Notes under the pieces: generated by a model
What the model saw: only the letters and a program-made list of their open reading frames with translations
Database searches by the model: none
What the model was told of the DNA's origin: nothing
In this document: positions 18,447 to 28,939 of the stretch, piece by piece
How positions within the stretch are numbered: position 1 is the stretch's first letter
How the letters are laid out: every line of letters starts with the position of its first letter
DNA from: an uncultured Alphaproteobacteria bacterium
GTDB taxonomy: Bacteria; Pseudomonadota; Alphaproteobacteria; Rhizobiales; Hyphomicrobiaceae
NCBI GenBank assembly: GCA_963814055.1
Contig: CAWFBJ010000031.1
Location: forward strand, 199,039-263,038
Length of the DNA: 64,000 nt
Reading direction: 5' to 3'
Position numbers and translations under genes: made by a program

Positions 18447-19538
18447 ATGAAACTCGGCTTCTTCACCATGCCGCTCCATCCTCTGGAGAAGGACTGGCGG
18501 GTGTCGCTCAGAGAAGACCGCGAGGCCTTCATCCTGGCCGACGAACTCGGCTTCGTGGAAGGCTATGTCGGCGAGCACGTCACCGACAAGGCCGAAAACA
18601 TCACCTCGTGCATCACCTTCATCGCCACGCTGGTCGACGCCACCAAGCGCATCAAGCTCGGCACCGGCACCATCAACATGCCCAACGCGCATCCCGCGGC
18701 CACGGCGGCGAATATCGCCATGCTGGATCACCTGCTAGACGGGCGGTTCATCTTCGGTATCTCGCCGGGCGGGCTGCTATCGGATGCGGAGGTGTTCGGC
18801 AACCTCAACGCCAACCGCAACGAGATGTTCGTGGAGGCCATCAACCAGGTGCTCGCCATCTGGGCCGGCGATGCGCCCTACAACATCAAGGGCAAGTATT
18901 GGACCGTCTCAACCGAGCGGACCTTAGTGGCCGACATCGGCCAGGGCATCCTGGCCAAGCCGCTGCAGAAGCCGCATCCACCCATCGTGGTTACGGTGGT
19001 GGCGCCTTTCTCGCAGGGCGTGACGGAGGCGGCCTCGCGCGGCTGGGACCCGATCACGGCCAACTTCCTGATGCCGGCATGGGTCAAGAGTCACTGGCCC
19101 AAGTACGTGGAAGGCTGCAACAAGGGCGGGCGGACGGCGGATCCCGCCAACTGGCGGGTGGCGCGCAGCATCTTCGTCGCCGACAGCGACAAGCAGGCCC
19201 GCGACTACGTGATGGCGCCTAACAGTCCCTATCGCCTCTACTACCACAACCTCGTCACCAAGCTGAAGATGGCTGGACGCGCCGACGCCTTCAAGGAAAA
19301 GCGCGACATGCCCGACGCCGACGTCACGCTCGACTATGTTGTGGACAAGCTCGCGATCTGGGGCTCGCCGCAGCGCGTGACGGAAAAGCTGCTGGCCTTC
19401 CGCGAGGAGGTGGGCGACTTCGGCACGCTGCTCTACGCCGGCAAGGACTGGCTCGATCGCGACCTCGGCCGCCGCTCCATGGTGCTGACGGCAGAAAAGG
19501 TGCTGCCGGCGGTCAACGCTGCGATCAAAAAATCCTGA
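18447..19538 (+). CDS. LLM-class (luciferase-like) flavin-dependent monooxygenase
   Basis: MKLGFFTMPLHP...GFVEGYVGEHV...LGTGTINMPNAHP...GRFIFGISPGG... is the typical pattern. A GAGGGCGAGGA ribosome-binding site lies upstream of the ATG at 18447. Confidence 0.8.
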   Translation: MKLGFFTMPLHPLEKDWRVSLREDREAFILADELGFVEGYVGEHVTDKAENITSCITFIATLVDATKRIKLGTGTINMPNAHPAATAANIAMLDHLLDGRFIFGISPGGLLSDAEVFGNLNANRNEMFVEAINQVLAIWAGDAPYNIKGKYWTVSTERTLVADIGQGILAKPLQKPHPPIVVTVVAPFSQGVTEAASRGWDPITANFLMPAWVKSHWPKYVEGCNKGGRTADPANWRVARSIFVADSDKQARDYVMAPNSPYRLYYHNLVTKLKMAGRADAFKEKRDMPDADVTLDYVVDKLAIWGSPQRVTEKLLAFREEVGDFGTLLYAGKDWLDRDLGRRSMVLTAEKVLPAVNAAIKKS

Positions 19539-19577
19539 CTGTCGTCTAGAATTGCGCAGGCGGAACAGAGAGCAGTT

Positions 19578-19722
19578 CCCTCTCCCCGTCCTTACGGGGA
19601 GAGGGTCAGGGTGAGGGGCGGCAGCTTGCTCCGACGTTGGCGCTCGTGGCCGCCCCTCACCCCAGCCCTCTCCCCACGCTGATGGAGCCCGTGGACGAGA
19701 TCGGCGATGCGTGGGGAGAGGG
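19578..19722. repeat. cluster of three nested/adjacent hairpins built from CCCTCTCCCC and GGGTGAGGGG motifs (REP-like element)
   Basis: Hairpin 1 pairs CCCTCTCCCCG (19578-19588) with CGGGGAGAGGG (19595-19605). Hairpin 2 pairs GGGTGAGGGGCGGC (19609-19622) with GCCGCCCCTCACCC (19649-19662). Hairpin 3 pairs CCCTCTCCCCACGC (19666-19679) with GCGTGGGGAGAGGG (19709-19722). Confidence 0.7.
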
Positions 19723-19757
19723 AGCCTCTTCGCGCACACAAAATTCCTGGATGACAG

Positions 19758-20636
19758 CTAGCGCTTCAGGCCAGCCATCCGTTCCAGCACGGCACAGACC
19801 GCTGCACTATCCTCGGCGCCGTGGCCGGCGGCTAGAGTGGCCATATGCAGCGTGGTGGCGAGACCGAACAGCGGCGTGGGACATCCGACGCCGGATGCGA
19901 AATCGCCGATCACGGTGAGATCCTTCTTCCACGTGGTCGAGCGCATGGTGGCCGGCAGATAGGTGTTGTCTGCCATCATCGGTGCGCGCAGCGCGAAGAT
20001 CCGCGATGTGCCGGCGCCGGAGCCGATGACCTCCACGGTCTGGTGCGGGTCGAGGCCGGCCTTCATGGCGAGCACCATCGCTTCCGCCGTGGCGACGTTG
20101 TGGATCGCGACCAAATGGTTGGCGATGAACTTCATCTTGCTGCCGTTGCCGTAGGCGCCGAGGTCGTAGACCTTGCGCGCGAAACCCAGAAAGGCTGGCT
20201 CCAGGCGCCTGATCGCAGCCGTATCGCCGCTGGCGTAGACGACGAGATCCTTGACCGCAGCCTGCGCGCCCGTGCCGGACATCGGGCAATCGAGCACGAT
20301 GTGCCCGGCCTTCTTCAGGACGTCCTTGAAAGCCGTCTTGTCCTCCAGCGTGAGCGTACTGGCTTCGATGACGGTGCGCTTGGGTGCTTTTGCCTTCGCT
20401 ATCAGGCGGGCGGTTGCGAGCACGGCACGCGGCGTCGGCAGGCTGGTGATGATGTCCTTCGCCGCCTTGGCCAAGGCTTCGGCGCTGGCGGCGATCTTGA
20501 CGCCGACGGCTTTGGCTTCCGCCCTGCGAGCGGCGTCGGTGTCGTAGCCGATCACCTTCCAGCCGCCGGCAACCAGGTTGCGCGCAAACGCGCCGCCCAT
20601 GATGCCGAGCCCGATGATGCCGATGGTGCGTTGCAT
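19758..20636 (-). CDS. NAD(P)-dependent oxidoreductase, 3-hydroxyisobutyrate dehydrogenase family
   Basis: MQRTIGIIGLGIMGGAFARNLVAGGWKVIGYD... is a Rossmann fold. ...MSGTGAQAAVKDL...GNGSKMKFIANHL is the HIBADH signature. Confidence 0.85.
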   Translation of the reverse strand: MQRTIGIIGLGIMGGAFARNLVAGGWKVIGYDTDAARRAEAKAVGVKIAASAEALAKAAKDIITSLPTPRAVLATARLIAKAKAPKRTVIEASTLTLEDKTAFKDVLKKAGHIVLDCPMSGTGAQAAVKDLVVYASGDTAAIRRLEPAFLGFARKVYDLGAYGNGSKMKFIANHLVAIHNVATAEAMVLAMKAGLDPHQTVEVIGSGAGTSRIFALRAPMMADNTYLPATMRSTTWKKDLTVIGDFASGVGCPTPLFGLATTLHMATLAAGHGAEDSAAVCAVLERMAGLKR

Positions 20637-20669
20637 GCTTTCTCTCCTTCACCGGCGAGCGTCGCTTCT

Positions 20670-20695
20670 CCCTCTCCCCGCTTGCGGGGAGAGGG
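20670..20695. repeat. REP-like palindrome CCCTCTCCCCGC-TT-GCGGGGAGAGGG
   Basis: A perfect 12-bp stem with a 2-nt loop. It belongs to the same motif family as 19578-19722. Confidence 0.7.
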
Positions 20696-20745
20696 AACAG
20701 GTGGCAGATCTGAACACCGGACCCACGCATTACGAATGCGGTGCT

Positions 20746-21619
20746 CTACCTTTTGGCCTGCGTCTTGTACCAGTCGAGAATTTGCTCGCCGGTCCAGGCG
20801 ACGACGCCGTCGTGGCCGAGGATGTCGGTAAACGTGCGTTCGACGTGGGCGATGCGGTGCGGCACGCCCGACAGATACGGGTGGCACGAGATGGCCATGA
20901 TCTTCGCCCGCCCGGTCGAACTCCGCATACAGGCAGTTGAAGTGATCCATGGCCCGGGTGTGGAATTCCCCCGAGTCATGATGCTGCAGGTTCATCATGA
21001 CGATGTCGTGCACCTCGAAGGTGTAGGGCAGCGCCACAATGTCTCCGTGCTTTGTTTTCAGCGTGACGGGATCGTCGTCCAGCACATAGTCGCCGATGTA
21101 TTCGACGCCCGCCTCGGCCAGATGGTCGACCGTATCGAGCGTCTGCGTGAGCCCAGGCCCGAACCAGCCGCGCGGGCGCCTGCCGGAGAACTTCTCGATC
21201 ACGCGCATGGTCTTGTCGATGATCGTGCGCTGATCCTCCAGCTTGTGCATGGGGATCTGCTCGTAGCTGTGCGCATTGAGCTCCCAGCCGCTGTCGATGC
21301 AGGCCTGCACGACGGGCGCATAAGTCTCGCAGATCTTGGCATTGATGGCGACCGTCGGCTTGGCGCCGACGCGCTCGAGCATGGCGCGCAGGCGCCAGAA
21401 GGCGACGCGCATGCCGTACTCGTGCCAGCTCCAGTTTGGCAGGTCGGGGATCTGCGGCACCCCTTGTGGCGGGGAGATCACCGTGCGCGCCATGGGCCGC
21501 GACAGGTCCCAGTCCTCCAGCGAGAACACCGGCCACACGACGAGGCGGATGCCGTCTGGAAATTTCAGTGGGGGACGTTTGTCGATGGGCTGGAATGCAA
21601 GGCGTTCGCGGGGATGCAT
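20746..21619 (-). pseudogene. polysaccharide deacetylase family protein (PuuE-like), one frameshift
   Basis: The N-terminal part runs MHPRERLAFQPIDKRPPLKFPDGIRLVVWPVF...HSYEQ...LYAEFDR (ORF 20552..21688). The C-terminal part runs GRAKIMAISCHPYLSGVPHRI...DWYKTQAKR (ORF 20746..20979). The switch falls in the G/C-rich stretch at about 20905-20916. The length is 874 nt (3n+1). An AGGAGC ribosome-binding site precedes the ATG at 21619. Confidence 0.75.
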
Positions 21620-21721
21620 GGTTGCTCCTGGGGGAGGTCGGCGGACCGCGCGATGATCGAAGCAACGGGAGATGGAGTCAACGCGCACTTACACCCGTCA
21701 TCCCGGATAGCCTCGACCGCC

Positions 21722-22534
21722 TCATGCGCTGCTGACCTCGTCGGTCCAGACCCGAAAGCTGTGCAACGTATTCGGCCCGAACGTCGTGGTGATGGCAACG
21801 TCGGCGGCATCGCGGCCTCGCGCCAGCAGCACCCTGCCGATCCGCGGCACGTTGTTCCTCGGATCGAACATGTGCCACTGACCGCCGAGATAGGCTTCGA
21901 ACCAGGCTGCGAAATCGCCCGGCGGATAGGGCAGCGGCGTGCCGATGTCGCTGAGGTACCCCGTGCAGTAGCGCGCGGGGATGTTCAAGGCGCGGCAGAA
22001 GGCGATGGCGAGATGGGCGTAGTCGCGGCACACGCCGCGCTGCTCCTCGTAGGCTTCCGAGGCTGTGCGCGTAGGCCGCGCGTGCTGGTAGTTGAAGATG
22101 ATGCGCGCATGCACGAAATCGCAGATAGCCTGTACGCGCGCCCAGCCGGGCTGGGTGTGTCCAAAGTGGGTCCATGCCACATCGAGCAAACGATCGCTGT
22201 CGCAGTAGCGGCTGGCCAGGAGGAATACGATTGCCTCCTCCGGAAGGTCCTGGACCGGAACCTGCGACGCATTCGGCGCTGTACTGTCAGGCAGCCCGGT
22301 ATCAGCGATGACCGTGTCGGTCGAAATTCGCATCGCCCCAGCCGGTGCCAGAATCCGGCTGCACCAGTTGCCGAAACCATCCCGGTACCCGGAGATCGGC
22401 ACCGACGGCGCAATGACAATGTGATCCGGTCGCTCGAGATCCGAGACACGCGTGTAGTGGATGCTCAGCATCAGGATCACGGGCGTGGGCTGGGGGAACT
22501 CGTACTGCAGTTCGTAGCCGACCTTGAGCTTCAT
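21722..22534 (-). CDS. transglutaminase-like family protein (Bact_transglu_N plus transglutaminase core)
   Basis: MKLKVGYELQYEF... is the N-domain. The core holds the catalytic Cys in EEQRGVCRDYAHLAIAFCRALNIPARYCTGY. Confidence 0.8.
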   Translation of the reverse strand: MKLKVGYELQYEFPQPTPVILMLSIHYTRVSDLERPDHIVIAPSVPISGYRDGFGNWCSRILAPAGAMRISTDTVIADTGLPDSTAPNASQVPVQDLPEEAIVFLLASRYCDSDRLLDVAWTHFGHTQPGWARVQAICDFVHARIIFNYQHARPTRTASEAYEEQRGVCRDYAHLAIAFCRALNIPARYCTGYLSDIGTPLPYPPGDFAAWFEAYLGGQWHMFDPRNNVPRIGRVLLARGRDAADVAITTTFGPNTLHSFRVWTDEVSSA

Positions 22535-22810
22535 GGCGTTCTCCGCGCTCGCCGTTCGCCCCATCGGCGCCCGCGTGCCTGGCGCGGGCTTTGCGGCTCG
22601 CGTAATGCAGCTTCCCTAGACCGTAGACCTTTTCCGGCGCGCGTCGAGCTTTTGCGAACGTGCGGAGCCGGCCGTGGCAATGCGCGATGCAGAAGGGCTC
22701 TTTGCCTAATCCATGCGCAGCACTGGCACGTGACGCCCCGATTTTCATCGGGGGTCGCGCGGTGAGGCCATAGCCCTGGTCCCGCCGGCATTGGGGAAAG
22801 CCGCAGCGAA

Positions 22811-23272
22811 CTACTTGGCCGGCTTGTTGATGGTGGTGATGGCGATGTGGGTGAGTTTGTGGTTTGCCGCCTTCTCCTGATCGAGGATGCCCGACAGGAG
22901 GTCGTGCGCTTCATCCTCGCCCAGCGCCTTGGCCCACTCCCGCAGCGTGCCGTAGCGTGCGATCTCGTAGTGCTCCACGGCCTGGCAGGCGCCGATGAGG
23001 GCGGCATTCTTGGCCACCGCACCCTTGCCCTCCTCGATTATGCCCTCGGTCTCCTTGATGAGACCTTCGATGGCGTCGCACTTCTCGCCTGACGCCTTCT
23101 TGCCAATGGATTTGAACACCGCTTCCAGCGTTTTGATCTGCCCCTTGGTTTCGGCGAGGTGGTCCTTCAGAGCGGTCTTCAGGTCACCGTTGCTTACGGC
23201 TTCGATCACTTTCGGCAGCGCCTTGATGATGGCGTTCTCGGAGTAGTAGACGTCTTGTTCCGCGCCAAACCT
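22811..23272 (-). CDS. ferritin-like DUF892 (YciE/YciF) family protein; no canonical start codon before the conserved N-terminal helix
   Basis: ...FGAEQDVYYSENAIIKALPKVIEAVSNGDLKTALKDHLAETKGQIKTLEAVF... is typical of the family. The first canonical start (GTG at 23209) lies inside the conserved helix. The in-frame codon at 23270-23272 is AGG, where a TAATG overlap with the upstream stop would place an ATG. Confidence 0.7.
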   Translation of the reverse strand, partial: RFGAEQDVYYSENAIIKALPKVIEAVSNGDLKTALKDHLAETKGQIKTLEAVFKSIGKKASGEKCDAIEGLIKETEGIIEEGKGAVAKNAALIGACQAVEHYEIARYGTLREWAKALGEDEAHDLLSGILDQEKAANHKLTHIAITTINKPAK

Positions 23273-24084
23273 TAGTGCCCCGTGAACTTCGGCGCGCGCT
23301 TCTCGACGTAGTGCGCCACGCCCTCGCGGAAGTCTTCAGTGTCGCGGCAGATCTCCTGTTCGTGATTGGCGACAGCGGTGGCCTCCGCCAGCGACTGGAA
23401 CAGCGCCTCGTACACCTGCTTCTTGATGATGCGGGTAGACCGCGGCGACGATAGGTTGGCGATCTCGGCGGCGCGCGCCTGCACGGCCTCTGCGAAGCCT
23501 TCGGCCGGCAGCACCCGCACCAGTCCGAGCGCGGCAGCCTCCTCGGCCTGCACGGTACGCGCCGACAGCAGGAGATCCATGGCGTTCATCGGACCGATCA
23601 GCCGCGGCAGCATCCAGGAGATGCCGTGCTCGGCGATCAGGCCGCGCCGCGCAAACGAGGTGGTGAGCTTGGCGCCGGCCGCCATGTAGCGGATATCACA
23701 ATAGAGCGTGAGCACCAGGCCGATGCCGGCCACGGCCCCGTTGATGCCGGCAATGATTGGCTTCTTGACCGCCAGAATATAGCTGCAGCGTTGCGCAAAG
23801 TTGGCGGCAAGCCCTTCGGTCGGCCAGTCGCCTTCGTTCTTGAGGTTGGTCTTGCCGGCGGCCGCCGACGACAGCCGCGCCATGTCGGCGCCTGCGCAGA
23901 AGCCGCGCCCTGCACCGGTGAGCACAATGACACGCACGGTCTCGTCTGCCTCGGCCTTGGCAAACGCCTCGCGCAGTTCGCCGGACATCACCGCCGTGTA
24001 GGCATTGAGCTTGTCGGGCCGGTTGAGCGTGATGGTCGCGACGCGATCCTTGGCGGCATACAGAACTTGCGGCTGTTCGCTCAT
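23272..24084 (-). CDS. enoyl-CoA hydratase/isomerase (crotonase) family protein
   Basis: ...ATITLNRPDKLNAYT...VIVLTGAGRGFCAGADM... forms the oxyanion hole. A GGGGAGA ribosome-binding site precedes the ATG at 24084. Confidence 0.85.
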   Translation of the reverse strand: MSEQPQVLYAAKDRVATITLNRPDKLNAYTAVMSGELREAFAKAEADETVRVIVLTGAGRGFCAGADMARLSSAAAGKTNLKNEGDWPTEGLAANFAQRCSYILAVKKPIIAGINGAVAGIGLVLTLYCDIRYMAAGAKLTTSFARRGLIAEHGISWMLPRLIGPMNAMDLLLSARTVQAEEAAALGLVRVLPAEGFAEAVQARAAEIANLSSPRSTRIIKKQVYEALFQSLAEATAVANHEQEICRDTEDFREGVAHYVEKRAPKFTGH

Positions 24085-24155
24085 GACTTGTCTCCCCTGG
24101 CCTGTGGCGCACGGCCTCCGCCGATGCCCGGCTGCCCTCGCCTTTCCGCTTTTGA

Positions 24156-25175
<1,020 letters not shown>

Positions 25176-25410
25176 GAGTCGCTGGGCCTGGCGAACGCGA
25201 GGCATGAAGTCGCGATGCGTGTGCTGACGCGTTGGGCACCAATGTCCCTGAAAACACAGAAGCGTGCAATAGCGGGGGCTTGTCAGGAGAAGCAGCGAAG
25301 GTAGCGGCTGCCATGGATCGGGCGTCGCCATCAGTTCGCCATTGCTGATCGGCCGCTTTGTGTCGTGTAGTGTGTTGTCGGAGCGTTCTTGGATGGATTG
25401 GGGAGCTTCG

Positions 25411-25851
25411 ATGGGAGACTATTGGCCAGGCTGGACCACGACGACGGTCCTATTCTGCCTCTTCTTCATAGCCCAATACGAAAACCAACGATGGGTTCGG
25501 AAGCGAGCCGCTGGGATGCGTGGAGCTAGCGAGGGAACTGGCCTCTTGGTTGATCTAAGCGGCATGGTTGCAATGGTGTTCGGGTTCGTCTGGCCAGTTG
25601 CATATGGATACGACGCGGGATGGCGATACGCCGTCGGTGTCTACGTCACAGGAGTGGCGATCGTGACGGCGTTCAGCTTCGCATCCGGAGCATTAGTCGC
25701 AGCAACCAAGCGTGCGACGATGGACCAGATGAGCTTGCAGTTTGACCGTATGGGCGGTGACTGGGTTGTGCTGTGGATACTCGGAACGCTAGCTGTGTGG
25801 CCACTCATGATGATGTTAACCGCTCGGGTATCTTGGTTTGGCTTGTTGTAG
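25411..25851 (+). CDS. hypothetical membrane protein (about 4 predicted TM segments)
   Basis: The ORF has hydrophobic segments such as TTTVLFCLFFIAQ, GMVAMVFGFVWPVAY, VGVYVTGVAIVTAFSFASGALVAA and WVVLWILGTLAVWPLMMML. A GGGGAG ribosome-binding site precedes the ATG at 25411. Local G+C is about 57%. I recognised no family. Confidence 0.4.
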   Translation: MGDYWPGWTTTTVLFCLFFIAQYENQRWVRKRAAGMRGASEGTGLLVDLSGMVAMVFGFVWPVAYGYDAGWRYAVGVYVTGVAIVTAFSFASGALVAATKRATMDQMSLQFDRMGGDWVVLWILGTLAVWPLMMMLTARVSWFGLL

Positions 25852-26229
25852 CTAGCCTCGACCTGCGACCTGCCCCACGGGACGAAGGCGGTCGTAGAAC
25901 TTTTCCGCTACACCATCCAGGCCCTCTTCAACTGCGAGCACGCGGCCAGCGCGCCGCACCTTTAGCATGAGGTCATCGACCTGGTTCCCAGAGGCGCCAA
26001 GTTCGCGTTCAAGCCTTGCGTAGGCCGTAGCGTTGTCTGTGAGGGCGGCTGCTGCCCAGAGGGCCTTCTCAAGTTCCGAGACTGTGCCAGGCAAATTGGG
26101 GAACATAACCGAGAACTGCTTGACGCCCGCAATGATCATCTCGACTAGCTGTGTCGCCTCGGGCGATTTGGGATCGAGTCCCATCTTCTCGGTCACGCGG
26201 AGAGCGCTCCGGCGCTTGGCAAAGAACAT
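25852..26229 (-). CDS. hypothetical helical protein (125 aa)
   Basis: This is the 3' end of ORF 25852..27450. Only this part lies outside the tex gene. Its stop directly abuts the stop of the convergent gene (TAGCTA). I recognised no family, so coding status is uncertain. Confidence 0.3.
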   Translation of the reverse strand: MFFAKRRSALRVTEKMGLDPKSPEATQLVEMIIAGVKQFSVMFPNLPGTVSELEKALWAAAALTDNATAYARLERELGASGNQVDDLMLKVRRAGRVLAVEEGLDGVAEKFYDRLRPVGQVAGRG

Positions 26230-26382
26230 GTGGTTCGCTCTCGTACAGAAGGCCGGAAGTTCAGCACGTTTCCAGCCTCGCACAGTACCATCAGGTCGCC
26301 GCATCGGGAAGGCAAGCCTTCCAATGCGGGGCGGAATCGGGGATGAAACGCGCGTCGCACAGGCGCAATCGCGAGAGGCCAC

Positions 26383-28692
26383 ATGCAGGACCGAATCAAT
26401 CAGCGCATCGCGACGGAGCTGGGTGTCGGCATCGCACAGGTTGCCGCGACCGTGGAATTGCTGGCGGAAGGCGCCACGGTTCCGTTCATCGCGCGCTACC
26501 GCAAGGAGAAGACCGGCGGCCTCGACGATACGCAGCTGCGCAAGCTGGAAGAGCGCCTCGGCTACCTGCGCGAGCTGGAAGACCGCCGCGTCACGGTGCT
26601 CAAGAGCATCGAGGAACAAGGCAAGATGACGCCGGAGCTGGCCCGCTCGATCAATGGCGCGGAAACCAAGGTCGAGCTCGAGGATCTTTACGCTCCCTAT
26701 CGGCCCAAGCGCCGCACCAAGGCGCAGATCGCGCGCGAGGCCGGTCTCGAGCCGCTCGCCGACGCCATTCTCAAGAACCCCGCCCTGCTGCCCGATACCG
26801 AAGCGGCTAAATTCATCGATGCGGAAAAAGGCGTCGGCGATGTGAAAGCCGCGCTCGACGGCGCCCGCCATATCCTGATCGAACGCATGGCCGAGGAGCC
26901 GACCCTGGTCGGTACCCTGCGCGAGTGGGAATGGGGCGAGGGCGTGCTCGCCTCCAAGGTCACCAAGAACAAGACCGAGGACGGCGCCAAGTTCTCCGAC
27001 TATTTCGACTTCGGCCAAAAGGTCAGGGAAATTCCCTCCCATCGCGCACTGGCCATGCTGCGCGGCCGCAACGAAGGCGTGCTTGACCTCGATCTCGACG
27101 TGCCGCACGAGGACGGCAAGCCGCATCCCGCCGAAGGCAAGATCATGGTGGCGTTCGGCATCGCCGACCGCGGCCGGCCCGCCGACAAATGGCTGATCGA
27201 AACGGCTAGGCTGGCATGGAAGGCACGGATGGCCAGCGCGCTGGATGCGGACCTGCTCGCCCGGCTCAAGGAGCGCGCCGACACCGAGGCCATCTCGGTG
27301 TTCTCCAAGAACCTGAAGGACCTGCTGCTTGCCGCGCCGGCCGGCCCTCGCGCCACCATGGGGCTCGATCCGGGTTTTCGCAGCGGCGTTAAGGTCGCCG
27401 TGGTGGACCAGACCGGCAAGGTCGTCGACACTACCACGATCTACCCGCACGAGCCCCGCAACGACTGGGCGGGATCACTCGCGGCACTGGCCGCGCTGTG
27501 CATGAAGCACAAGGTCGATCTCATCAGCATCGGCAACGGCACCGCCAGCCGTGAGACCGACAAGATGGTCGCCGAGCTGATGACCAAGATGCCTAACCTC
27601 AAAGTGACCAAGGTGATGGTGTCGGAAGCCGGGGCCTCGGTCTATTCCGCCTCCGAGCTGGCGGCCAAGGAGTTCCCGGAGCTCGACGTGACCTTGCGCG
27701 GCGCCGTCTCCATCGCGCGCCGTCTCCAGGATCCTCTTGCGGAACTCGTGAAGATCGAGCCCAAGGCCATCGGTGTCGGCCAGTACCAGCACGATGTCGA
27801 TCAAGGCGGCCTCGCCAAATCGCTCGCCGCCGTGGTGGAGGATTGCGTCAACTCGGTCGGCGTCGACGTCAACACGGCATCCGCTCCGCTGCTGGCGCGT
27901 GTCTCGGGTCTCAATCAGACGCTGGCAGCCAATATCGTCGCTTTCCGCGACGAGAACGGCGCCTTCAAGACCCGCACCGCGTTGAAGAAGGTGCCGCGGC
28001 TCGGACCCAAAGCCTTCGAACAGGCGGCGGGATTCCTGCGCATCATGAACGGGAAGAACCCGCTCGATGCCTCGGCCGTGCACCCGGAAGCCTATCCCAT
28101 AGTCGAGAAAATTTCCGCGGCTACCAACCGCCCGTTGAAATCCATCATCGGCGACAAGGCGTTCCTGAAGTCGCTGAAGCCGGCGCAGTTCGCCGACGAT
28201 ACCTTCGGCATCCCGACCGTCACCGACATCATCGCCGAGTTGGAGAAGCCCGGCCGCGATCCGCGCCCCGAATTCAAGACCGCCACCTTCCAGGACGGCA
28301 TCGAGAAGATCACCGATCTGAAGCCCGGCATGCAGCTCGAAGGCGTCGTCACCAACGTGGCCGCGTTCGGCGCCTTCGTGGACGTGGGCGTGCATCAGGA
28401 TGGGCTGGTACATATCTCTGAGCTGGCCGACACCTTCGTCAAGGACCCGCGCGAGATCGTGAAGGCCGGCGATGTGGTCAAGGTACGCGTGAAAGAGGTC
28501 GACGTTGCCCGCAAGCGCATTGCCCTGACTATGAAGTCAGGCGCCATCGACCGCACCCAGCGCGGGTCGGAGCGGGCAGCCGCGCCGTCTTCGGGATCGC
28601 GTAGCAGCGCACCTCCACCGCCGCATTCCTCCGAACCGCCTGCCGAAAGTGCCTTCGCCGCAGCCATGCGGCGGGCGCAGGAACGCAAATAG
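26383..28692 (+). CDS. tex: transcription accessory protein Tex (S1 RNA-binding domain protein YhgF)
   Basis: The 769-aa product begins [49 protein letters not shown]. It has a YqgF-like centre, HhH motifs and the C-terminal S1 domain [21 protein letters not shown]. Confidence 0.95.
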   Translation: MQDRINQRIATELGVGIAQVAATVELLAEGATVPFIARYRKEKTGGLDDTQLRKLEERLGYLRELEDRRVTVLKSIEEQGKMTPELARSINGAETKVELEDLYAPYRPKRRTKAQIAREAGLEPLADAILKNPALLPDTEAAKFIDAEKGVGDVKAALDGARHILIERMAEEPTLVGTLREWEWGEGVLASKVTKNKTEDGAKFSDYFDFGQKVREIPSHRALAMLRGRNEGVLDLDLDVPHEDGKPHPAEGKIMVAFGIADRGRPADKWLIETARLAWKARMASALDADLLARLKERADTEAISVFSKNLKDLLLAAPAGPRATMGLDPGFRSGVKVAVVDQTGKVVDTTTIYPHEPRNDWAGSLAALAALCMKHKVDLISIGNGTASRETDKMVAELMTKMPNLKVTKVMVSEAGASVYSASELAAKEFPELDVTLRGAVSIARRLQDPLAELVKIEPKAIGVGQYQHDVDQGGLAKSLAAVVEDCVNSVGVDVNTASAPLLARVSGLNQTLAANIVAFRDENGAFKTRTALKKVPRLGPKAFEQAAGFLRIMNGKNPLDASAVHPEAYPIVEKISAATNRPLKSIIGDKAFLKSLKPAQFADDTFGIPTVTDIIAELEKPGRDPRPEFKTATFQDGIEKITDLKPGMQLEGVVTNVAAFGAFVDVGVHQDGLVHISELADTFVKDPREIVKAGDVVKVRVKEVDVARKRIALTMKSGAIDRTQRGSERAAAPSSGSRSSAPPPPHSSEPPAESAFAAAMRRAQERK

Positions 28693-28697
28693 GTTCC

Positions 28698-28829
28698 ACC
28701 CGTCATCCCCGAAGCCGACGCCTTGGCGGAGGCTATCGGGGATCCAGATGTGAACACCGCGCGTGCGGCTGGATCCCGGCTCACCTGCGATCGTGCTTCC
28801 AGCGCGCCCGCTTGGCCGGGATGACGGGT
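28698..28829. repeat. MITE-like intergenic element with inverted termini ACCCGTCATCCCC ... CCGGGATGACGGGT
   Basis: The terminal inverted repeats lie at 28698-28710 and 28816-28829. The internal GGATCCCGGCTC motif is shared with the copy at 44237-44341. Confidence 0.55.
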
Positions 28830-28939
28830 TTTTCCCCGGGCTCAGTGGCATCACCGGCTATCAGCACCCATATTTCGGCGGTTGCGCGCCAGATCCGGAA
28901 CGGTGCTATAGAAGCGCCCGCCGCAGCCGAGAGCGAACG

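Noticed and set aside
26230-27450. The N-terminal roughly 400 aa of ORF 25852..27450 on the minus strand.
   Set aside because: This part is entirely antisense to tex, which has unmistakable motifs. Only the last 378 nt (25852..26229) lie outside tex, and those were kept as a low-confidence hypothetical gene.
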